Below, in pieces: positions 33,975-43,620 of a stretch of 64,000 bases of DNA. Within the stretch, counting starts at the first letter, position 1; each line of letters starts with the position of its first letter. The stretch comes from Myxococcota bacterium. Its GTDB lineage: Bacteria; Myxococcota_A; UBA9160; UBA6930. The translations under genes were made by a program, and so were the position numbers. Below the pieces are notes generated by a model that made no database searches, was not told where the DNA came from, and saw only the letters and a list, made by a program, of their open reading frames with translations. The DNA is taken from positions 3,744,001 through 3,808,000 of the forward strand of contig OZ245002.1 in the NCBI GenBank assembly GCA_965223415.1, read 5' to 3'.

Positions 33975-35780
33975 ATGAGGCGAATCCTTCGGGGCGTCGG
34001 GCTGGGGCTCGCTGTCCTGGTCGTGGCTGGCGGGCTGTTCTTGGCAAAGACGCTGTGGGGCAAGCCGTTCTCGATCGACCACTTCTTCCTGCGCGAGCTC
34101 GTGCTGCTCGCGCTCGATCACCCGATGCTGCTCTCCTATGCGCGGGTGCTCGAGCCCTACGACCTCGACTACTACTCCGACGAGCTCGAGGACCTGTCCC
34201 TCGAGGGTGATCTCCGGGAGCAGCGCCGGGCGCGGCGGGCGCTCGAGGGGCTGCGGGCGTTCAGCGGCGACGAGCTCGAGGCGACCCAGCGGCTCTCCCA
34301 CGACATCCTGGCCTGGTGGCTCGAGCATCGCGTCGAAGGCGAGCGCTTCGTGCGTCACGCCTACCCGGTGAACGCCTTCGACGGCTTCCAGAGCTTCCTG
34401 CCGGACTTCATGGTCAACGTGCACCAGGTGAACGACCGGGGCGATCTCGAGAGCTACCTGGCCCGGCTCGAAGCGATGCCGGGCGCCCTCGACCAGCTGA
34501 CGGAGCGGGTCGAGGAGGCCGCAGGGGAGGGCATCGTTCCGCCGCGCTTCGTCCTCACCCGCGTGCGCGAGGGGCTGATCGGGCTCCAGGGCGCTCCAGT
34601 GGAGAGCCCACTCGTCACCAAGCTGGCGACGCGCCTTCCCGAGCTCCGCGACGTGCCGGAGGCCGCGCCCTGGCTCGCGCGGGCCGAGGCGCTCCTGGCG
34701 GAAGGCATCCAGCCCGCCTACGCGCGGATGGACGCCGCCCTCGCCGCCCTGGAGGCCGGGGCCGATGACGCCGCCGGCGCGTGGCGGCTGCCGGACGGCG
34801 CGGCCTACTACCGCTGGGCCCTGCGCGGGCACACCTCGACGTCGCTCACCCCGGACGAGGTGCACCGCATCGGCCTCGAGGAGGTCGCGCGCATCCAGGA
34901 GCGGATGCGGATGGTCTTCCTGGAGCGCGGCACGCCCACCGCCGACCCGATCGCCGGCCTCCAGGCCCTGGCCCGCGAGCCCGCCCAGCGCTACGCCGAC
35001 TCCGACGAGGGCCGGCAGCAGATCCTCGCCGACTACCAGACGATCATCGACGAGGCGTGGGGTCGGCTGCCGACGTGGTTCCCGCGCCTTCCCGGAGCGA
35101 CCGTCGCCGTCGAACGGGTGCCCCTGTTCCGGGAGAACGGCTCCGCCGGCGCGTACTACAACCCGCCGCCGCTAGACGGCTCACGGCCGGGCATCTTCTA
35201 CAAGAACCTGGCCAACGTGGCCGAGAGCGCGCGCTTCGGCATGCGCACGCTGGCCTACCACGAGGCGGTGCCGGGTCATCACCTGCAGATCGCCCTCGCC
35301 ATGGAGAACGCCGAGCTGCCGCTCTTCCGGCGCTTTCTCACCTTCACCGCCTTCGTCGAGGGCTGGGCCCTCTACGCGGAGCGCCTGGCGGCGGAGGTCG
35401 GCCTCCTGCCCACGCCCGAGGACCTTCTCGGCCAGCTCCAGGCGGAGAACTTCCGCGCCGTCCGGCTCGTGGTGGACACGGGCCTCCACGCGAAGCGCTG
35501 GAGCCGGGAGAGGGCGATCGACTACATGGAGGAGAACACCGGCATGGCTCGCACCGACGTGGTGCGCGAGGTGGAGCGCTACGTGGTCGCACCGGGCCAG
35601 GCCTGCGCCTACAAGATCGGCCAGCTGCGGATCCTCGCGCTGCGGGATCGCGCCCGCCGCGCCCTCGGCGAGGCTTTCGATCTGAAGGCCTTCCACGACC
35701 TCGTGCTCGGAGGCGGCTCGCGACCGCTCGAGATCCTCGAGAAGGAGGTGGACGCCTGGGTCGCCGCCGGTGGGAGGTGA
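33975..35780 (+). CDS. DUF885 family protein
   Basis: HEAVPGHHLQ, EGWALYAE, RLVVDTGLH and PGQACAYKIG. Confidence 0.92.
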   Translation: MRRILRGVGLGLAVLVVAGGLFLAKTLWGKPFSIDHFFLRELVLLALDHPMLLSYARVLEPYDLDYYSDELEDLSLEGDLREQRRARRALEGLRAFSGDELEATQRLSHDILAWWLEHRVEGERFVRHAYPVNAFDGFQSFLPDFMVNVHQVNDRGDLESYLARLEAMPGALDQLTERVEEAAGEGIVPPRFVLTRVREGLIGLQGAPVESPLVTKLATRLPELRDVPEAAPWLARAEALLAEGIQPAYARMDAALAALEAGADDAAGAWRLPDGAAYYRWALRGHTSTSLTPDEVHRIGLEEVARIQERMRMVFLERGTPTADPIAGLQALAREPAQRYADSDEGRQQILADYQTIIDEAWGRLPTWFPRLPGATVAVERVPLFRENGSAGAYYNPPPLDGSRPGIFYKNLANVAESARFGMRTLAYHEAVPGHHLQIALAMENAELPLFRRFLTFTAFVEGWALYAERLAAEVGLLPTPEDLLGQLQAENFRAVRLVVDTGLHAKRWSRERAIDYMEENTGMARTDVVREVERYVVAPGQACAYKIGQLRILALRDRARRALGEAFDLKAFHDLVLGGGSRPLEILEKEVDAWVAAGGR

Positions 35781-35792
35781 TACGCTGCCCCC

Positions 35793-36824
35793 ATGCCCCA
35801 CTCTCCCCGAGTCCTCGAGACCCACGCCGAGTGGCGAGCCGGCGACGTCGCGGATCCCGGCCTCTGGACGGAGCACTTCACTCCGCCGGAGCTGGCCGAG
35901 CTCGATGCGGCCCTCCGCCACGTCACTGCGCGCACCCGCGACCCCCTCGAGATCGGCCGCGACGATTTCCCCCTGCCGAGCCTTGCCGTCCGGCTCGAGA
36001 AGATCGAGCAGGAGCTGATCGACGGCCGCGGCTTCGCCCTGCTCCGGGGGCTGCCCCGCGAGCGCTACTCCCAGGAGGAGATGGAGCTCCTCTACTGGGG
36101 CATCGGCATGCACCTGGGCCGGCCGTGGCCCCAGAACAAGCGCGGACACGTGCTCGGCGACGTGACCGACCAGGGCAAGCCCGCGACGGACCAGACGTCC
36201 CGGGGCAACGAGCTGGGCGGCGAGTTCGACTTCCCCTATCACTCGGACGGATCCGATCTGGTCGGCCTCCTGTGCCTGCAGAAGGCGAAGAGCGGTGGGG
36301 CCTCCACCGTGGCCAACGCCCTGGCGATCCACAACGATCTGGTGCGCGAGGCGCCGGAGCTCGCCGCCGCGCTCTACGAGGCGCAGCCCTACGACTTCCG
36401 CGGCGAGCAGCCGCCCGGCGGCAGAGGCTGGTACGAGATGCCGGTCTTCACGGACTGGGGCGGGCGACTCTTCGTCCGCTACATCCGCCCCTACATCCTG
36501 GCGTCCCAGCGCCACGCCGACGCGCCGCGCATCGAGCCGGAGGCCGAGCGCGCCATGCAGCGGGTCGACGCCATGACCCGCGACCCGTCCTACAACGTCT
36601 TCATGGACCTCGAGCCCGGCGACATGCAGTTCGTGAACAACTACCACGTGCTGCACGCGCGCAAGGCCTACGTGGACGATCGGGAGGCCGGCCTCGTCCG
36701 GCACCTGAAGCGCCTCTGGCTCGAGACGGAGGTGCTCGCCGAGCGCCCGCCGTACTTCCGGAGCAACCCCGCGTCCCACTGGGGCCGCGAGCGGACGGTG
36801 AGCCGGCTGGACCCGACGCGCTAG
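35793..36824 (+). CDS. TauD/TfdA-family Fe/2OG dioxygenase
   Basis: HSD, GDMQFVNNY..LHAR and RHLKRLWL. Confidence 0.9.
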   Translation: MPHSPRVLETHAEWRAGDVADPGLWTEHFTPPELAELDAALRHVTARTRDPLEIGRDDFPLPSLAVRLEKIEQELIDGRGFALLRGLPRERYSQEEMELLYWGIGMHLGRPWPQNKRGHVLGDVTDQGKPATDQTSRGNELGGEFDFPYHSDGSDLVGLLCLQKAKSGGASTVANALAIHNDLVREAPELAAALYEAQPYDFRGEQPPGGRGWYEMPVFTDWGGRLFVRYIRPYILASQRHADAPRIEPEAERAMQRVDAMTRDPSYNVFMDLEPGDMQFVNNYHVLHARKAYVDDREAGLVRHLKRLWLETEVLAERPPYFRSNPASHWGRERTVSRLDPTR

Positions 36825-36843
36825 ACTCCGCGTCGCACCGAAG

Positions 36844-36938
36844 AAGGAGCCGACGAGCGGCATGCGTCTCTAGCCCCTGAGCAGGTCTTCGTCCCCATCT
36901 CGCGAGCGCCCCCGGCGCTCGCCCGCTCAGAGGCTCCC
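36844..36938 (+). promoter_or_regulatory. Putative translational attenuator with uORF MRL* (36862-36873)
   Basis: AAGGAG...ATGCGTCTCTAG; 36872-36882 pairs 10/11 with 36925-36935, which contains the ABC-F SD; inner 9-bp hairpin at 36902-36922. Confidence 0.6.
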
Positions 36939-38441
36939 ATGCCCTTCGTCCACCTGGACGGCGTATCCTACGCCTACGACGATCGCTCCGTCGTCTTCGA
37001 CGGGGCCAACGCACACCTCGGTCCCGGCTGGACCGGACTCGTCGCGCCGAACGGCGCCGGCAAGTCGACCCTGCTCTCGCTGATCATGGGCGAGCGGCGG
37101 CCCGATGCCGGCGGCGTGCGGACCCTGCCGGCGGGGGCCGGCGTTCATCTGTGCCGCCAATCCCCGGAACGCCTCGACGAGGGGATTCGCGACGTGGCCG
37201 GCAGCTGGGAGCGGCACGCCGTGCGCCTGCGCGCGCGCCTCGACCTGGAGCCGGAGCAGCTCGCCCGCTGGCCGAGTCTCTCGCCCGGCGAGCGGCGGCG
37301 CTGGCAGGTGGGCGCCGCCCTGGCCGCCGCTCCCGATGTGCTGCTGCTCGACGAGCCGACGGACCATCTCGACGGCGACGCGCGGGCCCTGCTGGTGCGC
37401 GCGCTGGCAGGATTCCGGGGCGTCGGGCTCGTGGTCTCCCACGACCGCGCGCTCCTGAACGAGCTGGCCCCCCGCACCCTGCGCATCCGCGCCGGCCGGC
37501 TCGAGATGATCGCCGCTCCCTACGACACGGCGAAGCAGGAATGGGATCGGCGGGAGGAGGAGACGCGGCGGACGCGGGAGGAAGCGAAGCGCAGCGTCGC
37601 GCGCGCGAAGGGCAAGCTCACCCGCAGCCGCGCCCAGCTCGGCCGGGCCGAATCGCGAGCCCGCACCGGCAAGCGCATGGGCGGTCGCAAGGACCACGAC
37701 GCCCGCAGCATGCTCGCGAAGAACCAGGCCCGCGCCGGGGTCGCCTCCCGCGGCCGGGCCGTTGCTGTCGACCGCCGCCGCCTGGAGCGCGCCGAGGCGA
37801 CCCTCGCGGACGCGGGCGTGGCGAAGGAGCGGGGCCGCTCGGTCTTCGTCGACTTCGAACCGGCTCCCCAGGCGGTGCTGTTCACGCCGCCGGGCCGGGA
37901 GCTCCGGGCAGGCGGGCGGCTCCTGCTGCGAGATCTCAGCGCTTCGGTGCGCCGCGGCGATCGCATCTGGCTCCGTGGCCCGAACGGCGCCGGCAAGTCC
38001 ACGCTGCTCCGGGCCCTGCGCGAAGGCGCCCACCTGGCCGACGATCGCATCCTGGCTCTCCCCCAGGAGCTCTCCCGTGAACAGGTGGAGGCGCTCCACG
38101 CCCGGCTCGTCGGTGCGCCGGAAGCTGTGCGGACCCGCACCGCGACCCTGCTCGCGGCGCTCGGCATGGACCCCGAGCAGGCCCTGCGCACGGCCGAGCT
38201 CTCCGCGGGCCAGGCGCGCAAGCTCGCGCTCGCCCTCGGGCTCGGCGGTCACGTCGCCGCCTGCCTGCTCGACGAGCCCACGAACCACCTCGACCTCGAT
38301 ACGACCCTGCGGCTGGAGGAGGCGCTGGAGGCCTACCCGGGCGCGCTGGTGCTCGTGACCCACGACGAGGCGCTCGCCCGACGTTGCACCACCACCGAGT
38401 GGGCCCTCGAGCCGGAGGAGAACCGATTGCGGGTGCACTGA
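36939..38441 (+). CDS. ABC-F family ribosome-associated ATPase (ARE-like)
   Basis: Two NBDs (PNGAGKST; LSPGE/LSAGQ; DEPTD/NHLD), no TM segments, long basic helical linker. Confidence 0.9.
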   Translation: MPFVHLDGVSYAYDDRSVVFDGANAHLGPGWTGLVAPNGAGKSTLLSLIMGERRPDAGGVRTLPAGAGVHLCRQSPERLDEGIRDVAGSWERHAVRLRARLDLEPEQLARWPSLSPGERRRWQVGAALAAAPDVLLLDEPTDHLDGDARALLVRALAGFRGVGLVVSHDRALLNELAPRTLRIRAGRLEMIAAPYDTAKQEWDRREEETRRTREEAKRSVARAKGKLTRSRAQLGRAESRARTGKRMGGRKDHDARSMLAKNQARAGVASRGRAVAVDRRRLERAEATLADAGVAKERGRSVFVDFEPAPQAVLFTPPGRELRAGGRLLLRDLSASVRRGDRIWLRGPNGAGKSTLLRALREGAHLADDRILALPQELSREQVEALHARLVGAPEAVRTRTATLLAALGMDPEQALRTAELSAGQARKLALALGLGGHVAACLLDEPTNHLDLDTTLRLEEALEAYPGALVLVTHDEALARRCTTTEWALEPEENRLRVH

Positions 38442-38545
38442 GGCGGCACCGTGTCAGGTGCGAGGCAGTGCGCTGAAGCCGTTCCGTGTCAGCTGCGATG
38501 GCGGTCCCGCCTTGGGGTGCGCCCGCCGCGAGGTACCCTTCCCCG

Positions 38546-41500
38546 ATGGCCGCCCCCGCCTCACCGGTCCTGTCCGCCTTCGGTGAGCCGGCCCGCCGCT
38601 GGTTCGAGGCCAGCTTCGACGGGCCGACCGCGGTGCAGGAGGAAGGCTGGGCGCACATCCATGCGGGAGCCCACGCGCTCCTGATCGCGCCCACGGGTAG
38701 CGGCAAGACGCTGGCCGCGTTCTTCGCCTGCCTCGATCGCCTGGGGCAGGAGCCGGAAGGGCCGGATCGGCCTGCCGGCGTGCGTGTGCTCTACGTCTCC
38801 CCGTTGAAGGCGCTGGTCTACGACATCGAGCGCAACCTGCGGGCGCCGCGGGTGGGCATCCAGCAGATGGCGGAGCGCATCGGCCGGCCGCAGGCATTCC
38901 GTGCGCCGCGGGTGGCCGTGCGCACCGGCGATACCAGCCAGCGGGAGCGCCGGGCCCAGGCCCGCGATCCCGCCGACCTGCTGATCACGACGCCCGAGTC
39001 CCTCTACCTGATCCTGGGCTCGCGCCAGCGAGAGACCCTGTGCACCGTCGACACCATCATCATCGACGAGATCCACGCCCTTGCACCGACCAAGCGCGGG
39101 GCCCATCTGGCGCTCTCTCTCGAGCGGATCACGGCGCTCACCGGCGAGCGCGATCCCCAGCGCATCGGTCTCTCGGCGACGGCGCGCCCGGCGGAGGAGG
39201 TGGCCCGCTTCCTGGGCGGCGACCGGCCGGTGGAGATCGTCGACACGAGCCGCACGCCGCTCCTCGACCTCACCCTCTCGGTGCCCGTGCCGGACATGAC
39301 CCGGCCCGCGGATTTCAAGCCGCCGCACGCGAGCGAGCCGGACGTCCCGGACGGCGCCGACGAGAGCTCGGGCTCGACCCTCGGGCGTCTGCTCGCGCCG
39401 CCCGCGGACGACGCCGATACCAGCCTCTGGCCCGCCATCTACCCGGAGCTGCTGGAGGAGATCCGGGCCCACCGCAGCACGATCCTGTTCGTGAACAGTC
39501 GCGGTCTGTGCGAGCGGCTGGCCCAGCGCCTGAACGAGATGGCCGGCGAGGACCTCGTGCGCGCCCATCACGGCAGCATCGCCCACGAGCAGCGCAAGGA
39601 GATCGAGGAGAGCCTGAAGCGCGGCACGTTGCGGGCCATCGTCGCCACCAGCTCGCTGGAGCTGGGCATCGACATGGGCGCCGTCGACCTGGTCCTGATG
39701 GTGGAATCGCCCGGCGCCGTGGCCCGGGGCCTCCAGCGCGTTGGGCGCGCCGGTCACCAGGTGGGCGTGCCGAGCAAGGGGCGGGTCTTCCCCAAGCACC
39801 GCGGCGACCTGCTCGAGGCCACGGTGGTCGCAGCCGGCATGCGCCAGGGCGAGGTCGAACCCATCCGAGTGCCGCGCAACCCCCTCGACGTGCTCGCCCA
39901 GCAGATCGTGGCGATGGCGTCGAAAGACGTCTGGGAGGTCGAGGCCCTGGCCCGCGCTCTCGCGCGCACCGCCAGCTTCCGCGACCTCTCTCGGGACCTC
40001 CTCCATGCCGTCCTCGACATGCTCTCGGGCCGCTACCCCTCCACCGAGTTCGCCGAGCTGCGGCCGCGCATCCTCTGGGACCGGGAAGGCGATCGCATCG
40101 AGGCGCGGCGCGGCGCGGGCAAGATCGCCCTGCTGTCCGGCGGCACCATTCCCGATCGCGGGCTCTACGCCGTGCACCTCGGCGCCGACGGTCCCCGCAT
40201 CGGAGAGCTCGACGAGGAGATGGTCCACGAGTCCCGCGCCGGGGAGGTGGTGACCCTCGGCGCTTCGAGCTGGCGCATTACCGAGATCACCCGCGACCGG
40301 GTGGTCGTGCAGCCGGCGCCGGGGGAGGCGGGCCGGCTCCCCTTCTGGCGGGGCGAGGGGCCCGGGCGGCCGATCGAGCTGGGCCGCGCCCTCGGCCGCT
40401 TCGTGCGCGAGCTGGCGGAGCGCTGTCGCGAGGCGGGCAGCGGCGAGCTGCACGAGGGGCGGGCGGCGGGCGAGGCCTGGCTGAGCGAAGCCTTCGCCCT
40501 CGACGAGTACGCTGCCCGCAACCTGGTCGACTACGTCGTCGACCAGCACGAGAGCACCGGCGCCCTGCCCACCGATCGCGCGATCACCGTCGAGCGCTTC
40601 CGGGACGAGCTCGGCGACTGGCGGGTGTGTCTGCTGAGCCCCTTCGGCTCCCGCCTGCACGCGCCCTGGGCGCTGGCGATCGAGGCGCGCCTCGCCGCCG
40701 AGAAAGGCTACGAGGTGCAGACTCTGTGGAGCGACGACGGCATCGTACTGCGCTTCGCGGATGCGGAGGAGCTACCGCCGGTCTCGGCCTTCCTTCCGGA
40801 GCCCGAGGAGGTCCAGGACCTGATCGTCGGGCAGCTCGAGCGGTCGGCGCTGTTCGCCGGGCAGTTCCGCGAGAACGCCGCCCGCGCCCTGCTGCTGCCG
40901 CGCTGGCGGCCCGGTGGCCGCACCCCCCTCTGGACCCAGCGCCTGCGGGCCCAGAGCCTGCTGGCCGTCGCCCGCGAGTTTCCCTCCTTCCCGATCATGC
41001 TGGAGACCTATCGCGCCTGCCTGCAGGACGTCTTCGACCTGCCCGGGCTCGTCGACCTGCTGACGGCGATCCGCAGCCGGCGCGTGCGCGTGGACGACGT
41101 AGAGACGCGCCAGGCCTCGCCCTTCGCCCGCTCCCTCGTGTTCGCCTACACCGCCGTCTACCTCTACCAGGGCGATACGCCCGTTGCCGAGCGGCGCGCC
41201 CAGGCCCTCACCCTCGACCGCGACATGCTGCGCGATCTCCTCGGCCAGGAGGAGCTGCGCGAGCTGCTCGACGCGGCGGTGATCGAGGAGACCGAGGCGG
41301 ATCTCCAGGGCCTCTCGGCGGATCGCCGCGCGCGCCACGCCGACGCGCTGCACGATCTCCTGCGCCGGGTCGGCGATCTGGGCCCGGACGAGCTGGCGCT
41401 CCGCTGCGAGGGCGACGCGGGGGCCTGGCTCGGAGAGCTCGAAGTCTCGCGGCGGGCGGCCCGCCTGAAGGTGGGTGGCGAGGAGCGCTGGATCGCAGCC

Positions 41501-43057
41501 GAGGACGCCGGCCTGTACCGGGACGCCGTCGGCGCCTCGCCACCAGCGGGCCTGCCCGAGGCCTTCCTCGAGCGCGTTCCCGACGCGGCCGAGCGCCTGC
41601 TCGTTCGTTATGCGCGGGTACATGGCCCCTTCGTGACGAGCCGCGTCGCCCACCGCTACGGCTGGCTCGCCTCCCAGGCCCAGGCCGTGCTGGCCGCTCT
41701 CGAGGCGCGGGGCAAGCTCCTCTCCGGCGAGTTCCATCCCGACGGCCGCGAGCGGGAGTGGTGCGAGCCCGAGGTGCTGCGGCGCATCCGTCGGCGCACC
41801 CTGGCCCGGCTGCGGGGCGAGGTGGCGGCGGTGGAGGCGGCCACCCTCGTCCACTTCCTGCCCGAGTGGCACGGCGTCGGCGCCCGGGGCGCGCCGGAAA
41901 CCCGGCTGGCCGAGACCCTCGACCAGCTCGAGGGCGTGCCGCTGCCCTTCTCGGAGCTGGAGCGAGCCATTCTCCCGGCACGAGTGCCCGAATTCGATCC
42001 GCGCATGCTCGACGAGCTCGGCGCCCTGGGCCAGCTGGCCTGGGTCGGCTGCGGGGCCCTCGGCGACCGGGACGGCCGGGTCGCGCTCTACCGGCGGGAG
42101 CGGATCGGCCTGCTCGTCGAGGAGGCGCCGCTTCCCGAGAGCGCCACGGCGCTGCACCGGGCGATCCTCGATCATCTCGAAGCGCGCGGCGCTTCCTTCT
42201 TCACGGAGCTGGGTCAGGCCACGGGCGAGGGCGCCGCCGACGAGCTGCTGCACGCCCTCTGGGATCTGGTCTGGGCCGGTCTCGTCACGAACGATACCCT
42301 CGCGCCGCTGCGCGGCCTGGCCGTGCGGGCGGCGCCGCGGCGGCGCGGGGCCCGGGCGCTGCCGTCGGCGGCGGCGGGCCGCTGGTCCCTCGTATCGGCG
42401 CTCCTCCACGACGACGCGGATCCCACCGCGCGGGCCCACGCCCGGGCGCTCCAGCTCCTCGAGCGGCACGGTGTGGCGAGCCGCGACGTCTTGGCGCTCG
42501 AGTCCCTGCCGGGGGGCTGGAGCGCGCTTTACCCGGTCTACCGGGAGATGGAGGAGATGGGCAAGCTGCGCCGCGGCCACTTCGTCGAAGGCTACAGCGG
42601 CGCCCAGTTCGCCTATGCCGGCGCCGTGGATCGTCTTCGCGCCGCTCGCCACTTCGGCGACGAGCCGGTGGTGCGGGTGCTCGCCGCCGGCGACCCCGCC
42701 CAGCCCTTCGGTGCCCTGGTCCCGTGGCCCACGCCGCGCAGCGAGCGCGCCCGCCCGCGCCGCAGCGCCGGCGCCCGGGTCGTGCTCGTCGACGGAGAGC
42801 TGATCCTCTTCCTCGACGGCTCCGGCCGGCGCGTGTGGAGCTTCCCCGCCGCCGACGAGAGTCGGGGCGACGAGATCCTCACCCGCGCCGTCCGCGCCCT
42901 CCACCGGCTCTTCGACGATCGCACCCGCCGTGCCCTGCGCATCGAGGAGATCGACGCCGAGCCCGCCGCCCGCTCCGCCCTCGCCGATCCCTTCACCCGC
43001 GCCGGCTTCCGCCCCAGCTACAAGGGCCTCGAGCTCGACCGCTCCACCCGCCCCTGA
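38546..43057 (+). CDS. lhr: Long-form Lhr ATP-dependent helicase with C-terminal extension
   Basis: APTGSGKT, SPLKAL, DEIH, SAT, HHGS, SSLELGIDMG, QRVGRAGH and GGTIPDRG. Confidence 0.95.
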   Translation: MAAPASPVLSAFGEPARRWFEASFDGPTAVQEEGWAHIHAGAHALLIAPTGSGKTLAAFFACLDRLGQEPEGPDRPAGVRVLYVSPLKALVYDIERNLRAPRVGIQQMAERIGRPQAFRAPRVAVRTGDTSQRERRAQARDPADLLITTPESLYLILGSRQRETLCTVDTIIIDEIHALAPTKRGAHLALSLERITALTGERDPQRIGLSATARPAEEVARFLGGDRPVEIVDTSRTPLLDLTLSVPVPDMTRPADFKPPHASEPDVPDGADESSGSTLGRLLAPPADDADTSLWPAIYPELLEEIRAHRSTILFVNSRGLCERLAQRLNEMAGEDLVRAHHGSIAHEQRKEIEESLKRGTLRAIVATSSLELGIDMGAVDLVLMVESPGAVARGLQRVGRAGHQVGVPSKGRVFPKHRGDLLEATVVAAGMRQGEVEPIRVPRNPLDVLAQQIVAMASKDVWEVEALARALARTASFRDLSRDLLHAVLDMLSGRYPSTEFAELRPRILWDREGDRIEARRGAGKIALLSGGTIPDRGLYAVHLGADGPRIGELDEEMVHESRAGEVVTLGASSWRITEITRDRVVVQPAPGEAGRLPFWRGEGPGRPIELGRALGRFVRELAERCREAGSGELHEGRAAGEAWLSEAFALDEYAARNLVDYVVDQHESTGALPTDRAITVERFRDELGDWRVCLLSPFGSRLHAPWALAIEARLAAEKGYEVQTLWSDDGIVLRFADAEELPPVSAFLPEPEEVQDLIVGQLERSALFAGQFRENAARALLLPRWRPGGRTPLWTQRLRAQSLLAVAREFPSFPIMLETYRACLQDVFDLPGLVDLLTAIRSRRVRVDDVETRQASPFARSLVFAYTAVYLYQGDTPVAERRAQALTLDRDMLRDLLGQEELRELLDAAVIEETEADLQGLSADRRARHADALHDLLRRVGDLGPDELALRCEGDAGAWLGELEVSRRAARLKVGGEERWIAAEDAGLYRDAVGASPPAGLPEAFLERVPDAAERLLVRYARVHGPFVTSRVAHRYGWLASQAQAVLAALEARGKLLSGEFHPDGREREWCEPEVLRRIRRRTLARLRGEVAAVEAATLVHFLPEWHGVGARGAPETRLAETLDQLEGVPLPFSELERAILPARVPEFDPRMLDELGALGQLAWVGCGALGDRDGRVALYRRERIGLLVEEAPLPESATALHRAILDHLEARGASFFTELGQATGEGAADELLHALWDLVWAGLVTNDTLAPLRGLAVRAAPRRRGARALPSAAAGRWSLVSALLHDDADPTARAHARALQLLERHGVASRDVLALESLPGGWSALYPVYREMEEMGKLRRGHFVEGYSGAQFAYAGAVDRLRAARHFGDEPVVRVLAAGDPAQPFGALVPWPTPRSERARPRRSAGARVVLVDGELILFLDGSGRRVWSFPAADESRGDEILTRAVRALHRLFDDRTRRALRIEEIDAEPAARSALADPFTRAGFRPSYKGLELDRSTRP

Positions 43058-43065
43058 GACCCAAG

Positions 43066-43139
43066 AACGCAAGAGTGGGGACGTTCCTTGCAACTTGCGC
43101 AATTGCGCAAGTTGCAAGGAACGTCCCCACTCTTGCGTT
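43066..43139. repeat. 74-bp perfect spacerless palindrome (head-to-head REP-like doublet) between convergent genes
   Basis: AACGCAAGAGTGGGGACGTTCCTTGCAACTTGCGCAA followed directly by its exact reverse complement. Confidence 0.95.
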
Positions 43140-43140
43140 T

Positions 43141-43620
43141 CTAGGGTTCGAGGAGGGTGTCGAGGGCCGGCCAGTCGACGGCGCTCTGGGCGGCGAAGGC
43201 CTCGAGGAGGAGGGGGCGGTCGGCGTCGTCGGGGCCGGCGGCCCGGAAGGTTTCGACGGCCTTGGCGAGGACGTCCTGGGCCGGGCAGTCGGGCTGGTCC
43301 TGCTGGAGGGTGCCTTCTTCGTGCTCGATGCCGAGCAGATCGAGCCACTCGGTGAGGAGCTCCTTGCGCGATTCGAGGAAGTAGGCGGCCAGCACCTCTT
43401 CGGCCAGGGCGCTGGCGGCGACCCGGGCGAGAGAGCGGCGCACCATCTGGGCACGTTTGCCGGCGGGGAGGCTCATCACGAAGCGCGGGCGCGCCTTCAT
43501 GACGGCGCTCGCCGCGGCGACGGCCTGGGTGTACACCGCGGGCGCCTGCTCCTGGATTCGTCCCAGCAGCTCGGTGGCCCGCTCCGGGCTCATGCGCGCG
43601 AAGACCTGATACGCCTTCAT
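43141..43620 (-). CDS. Hypothetical protein coupled to ctaA
   Basis: ATGA overlap with the ctaA stop; protein-like composition (EWLDLLGIEHEEG). Confidence 0.7.
   Translation of the reverse strand: MKAYQVFARMSPERATELLGRIQEQAPAVYTQAVAAASAVMKARPRFVMSLPAGKRAQMVRRSLARVAASALAEEVLAAYFLESRKELLTEWLDLLGIEHEEGTLQQDQPDCPAQDVLAKAVETFRAAGPDDADRPLLLEAFAAQSAVDWPALDTLLEP

Noticed and set aside
38546..43057. Lhr as part of an anti-phage defence system
   Set aside because: It is the housekeeping long-form Lhr with no defence-associated neighbours.
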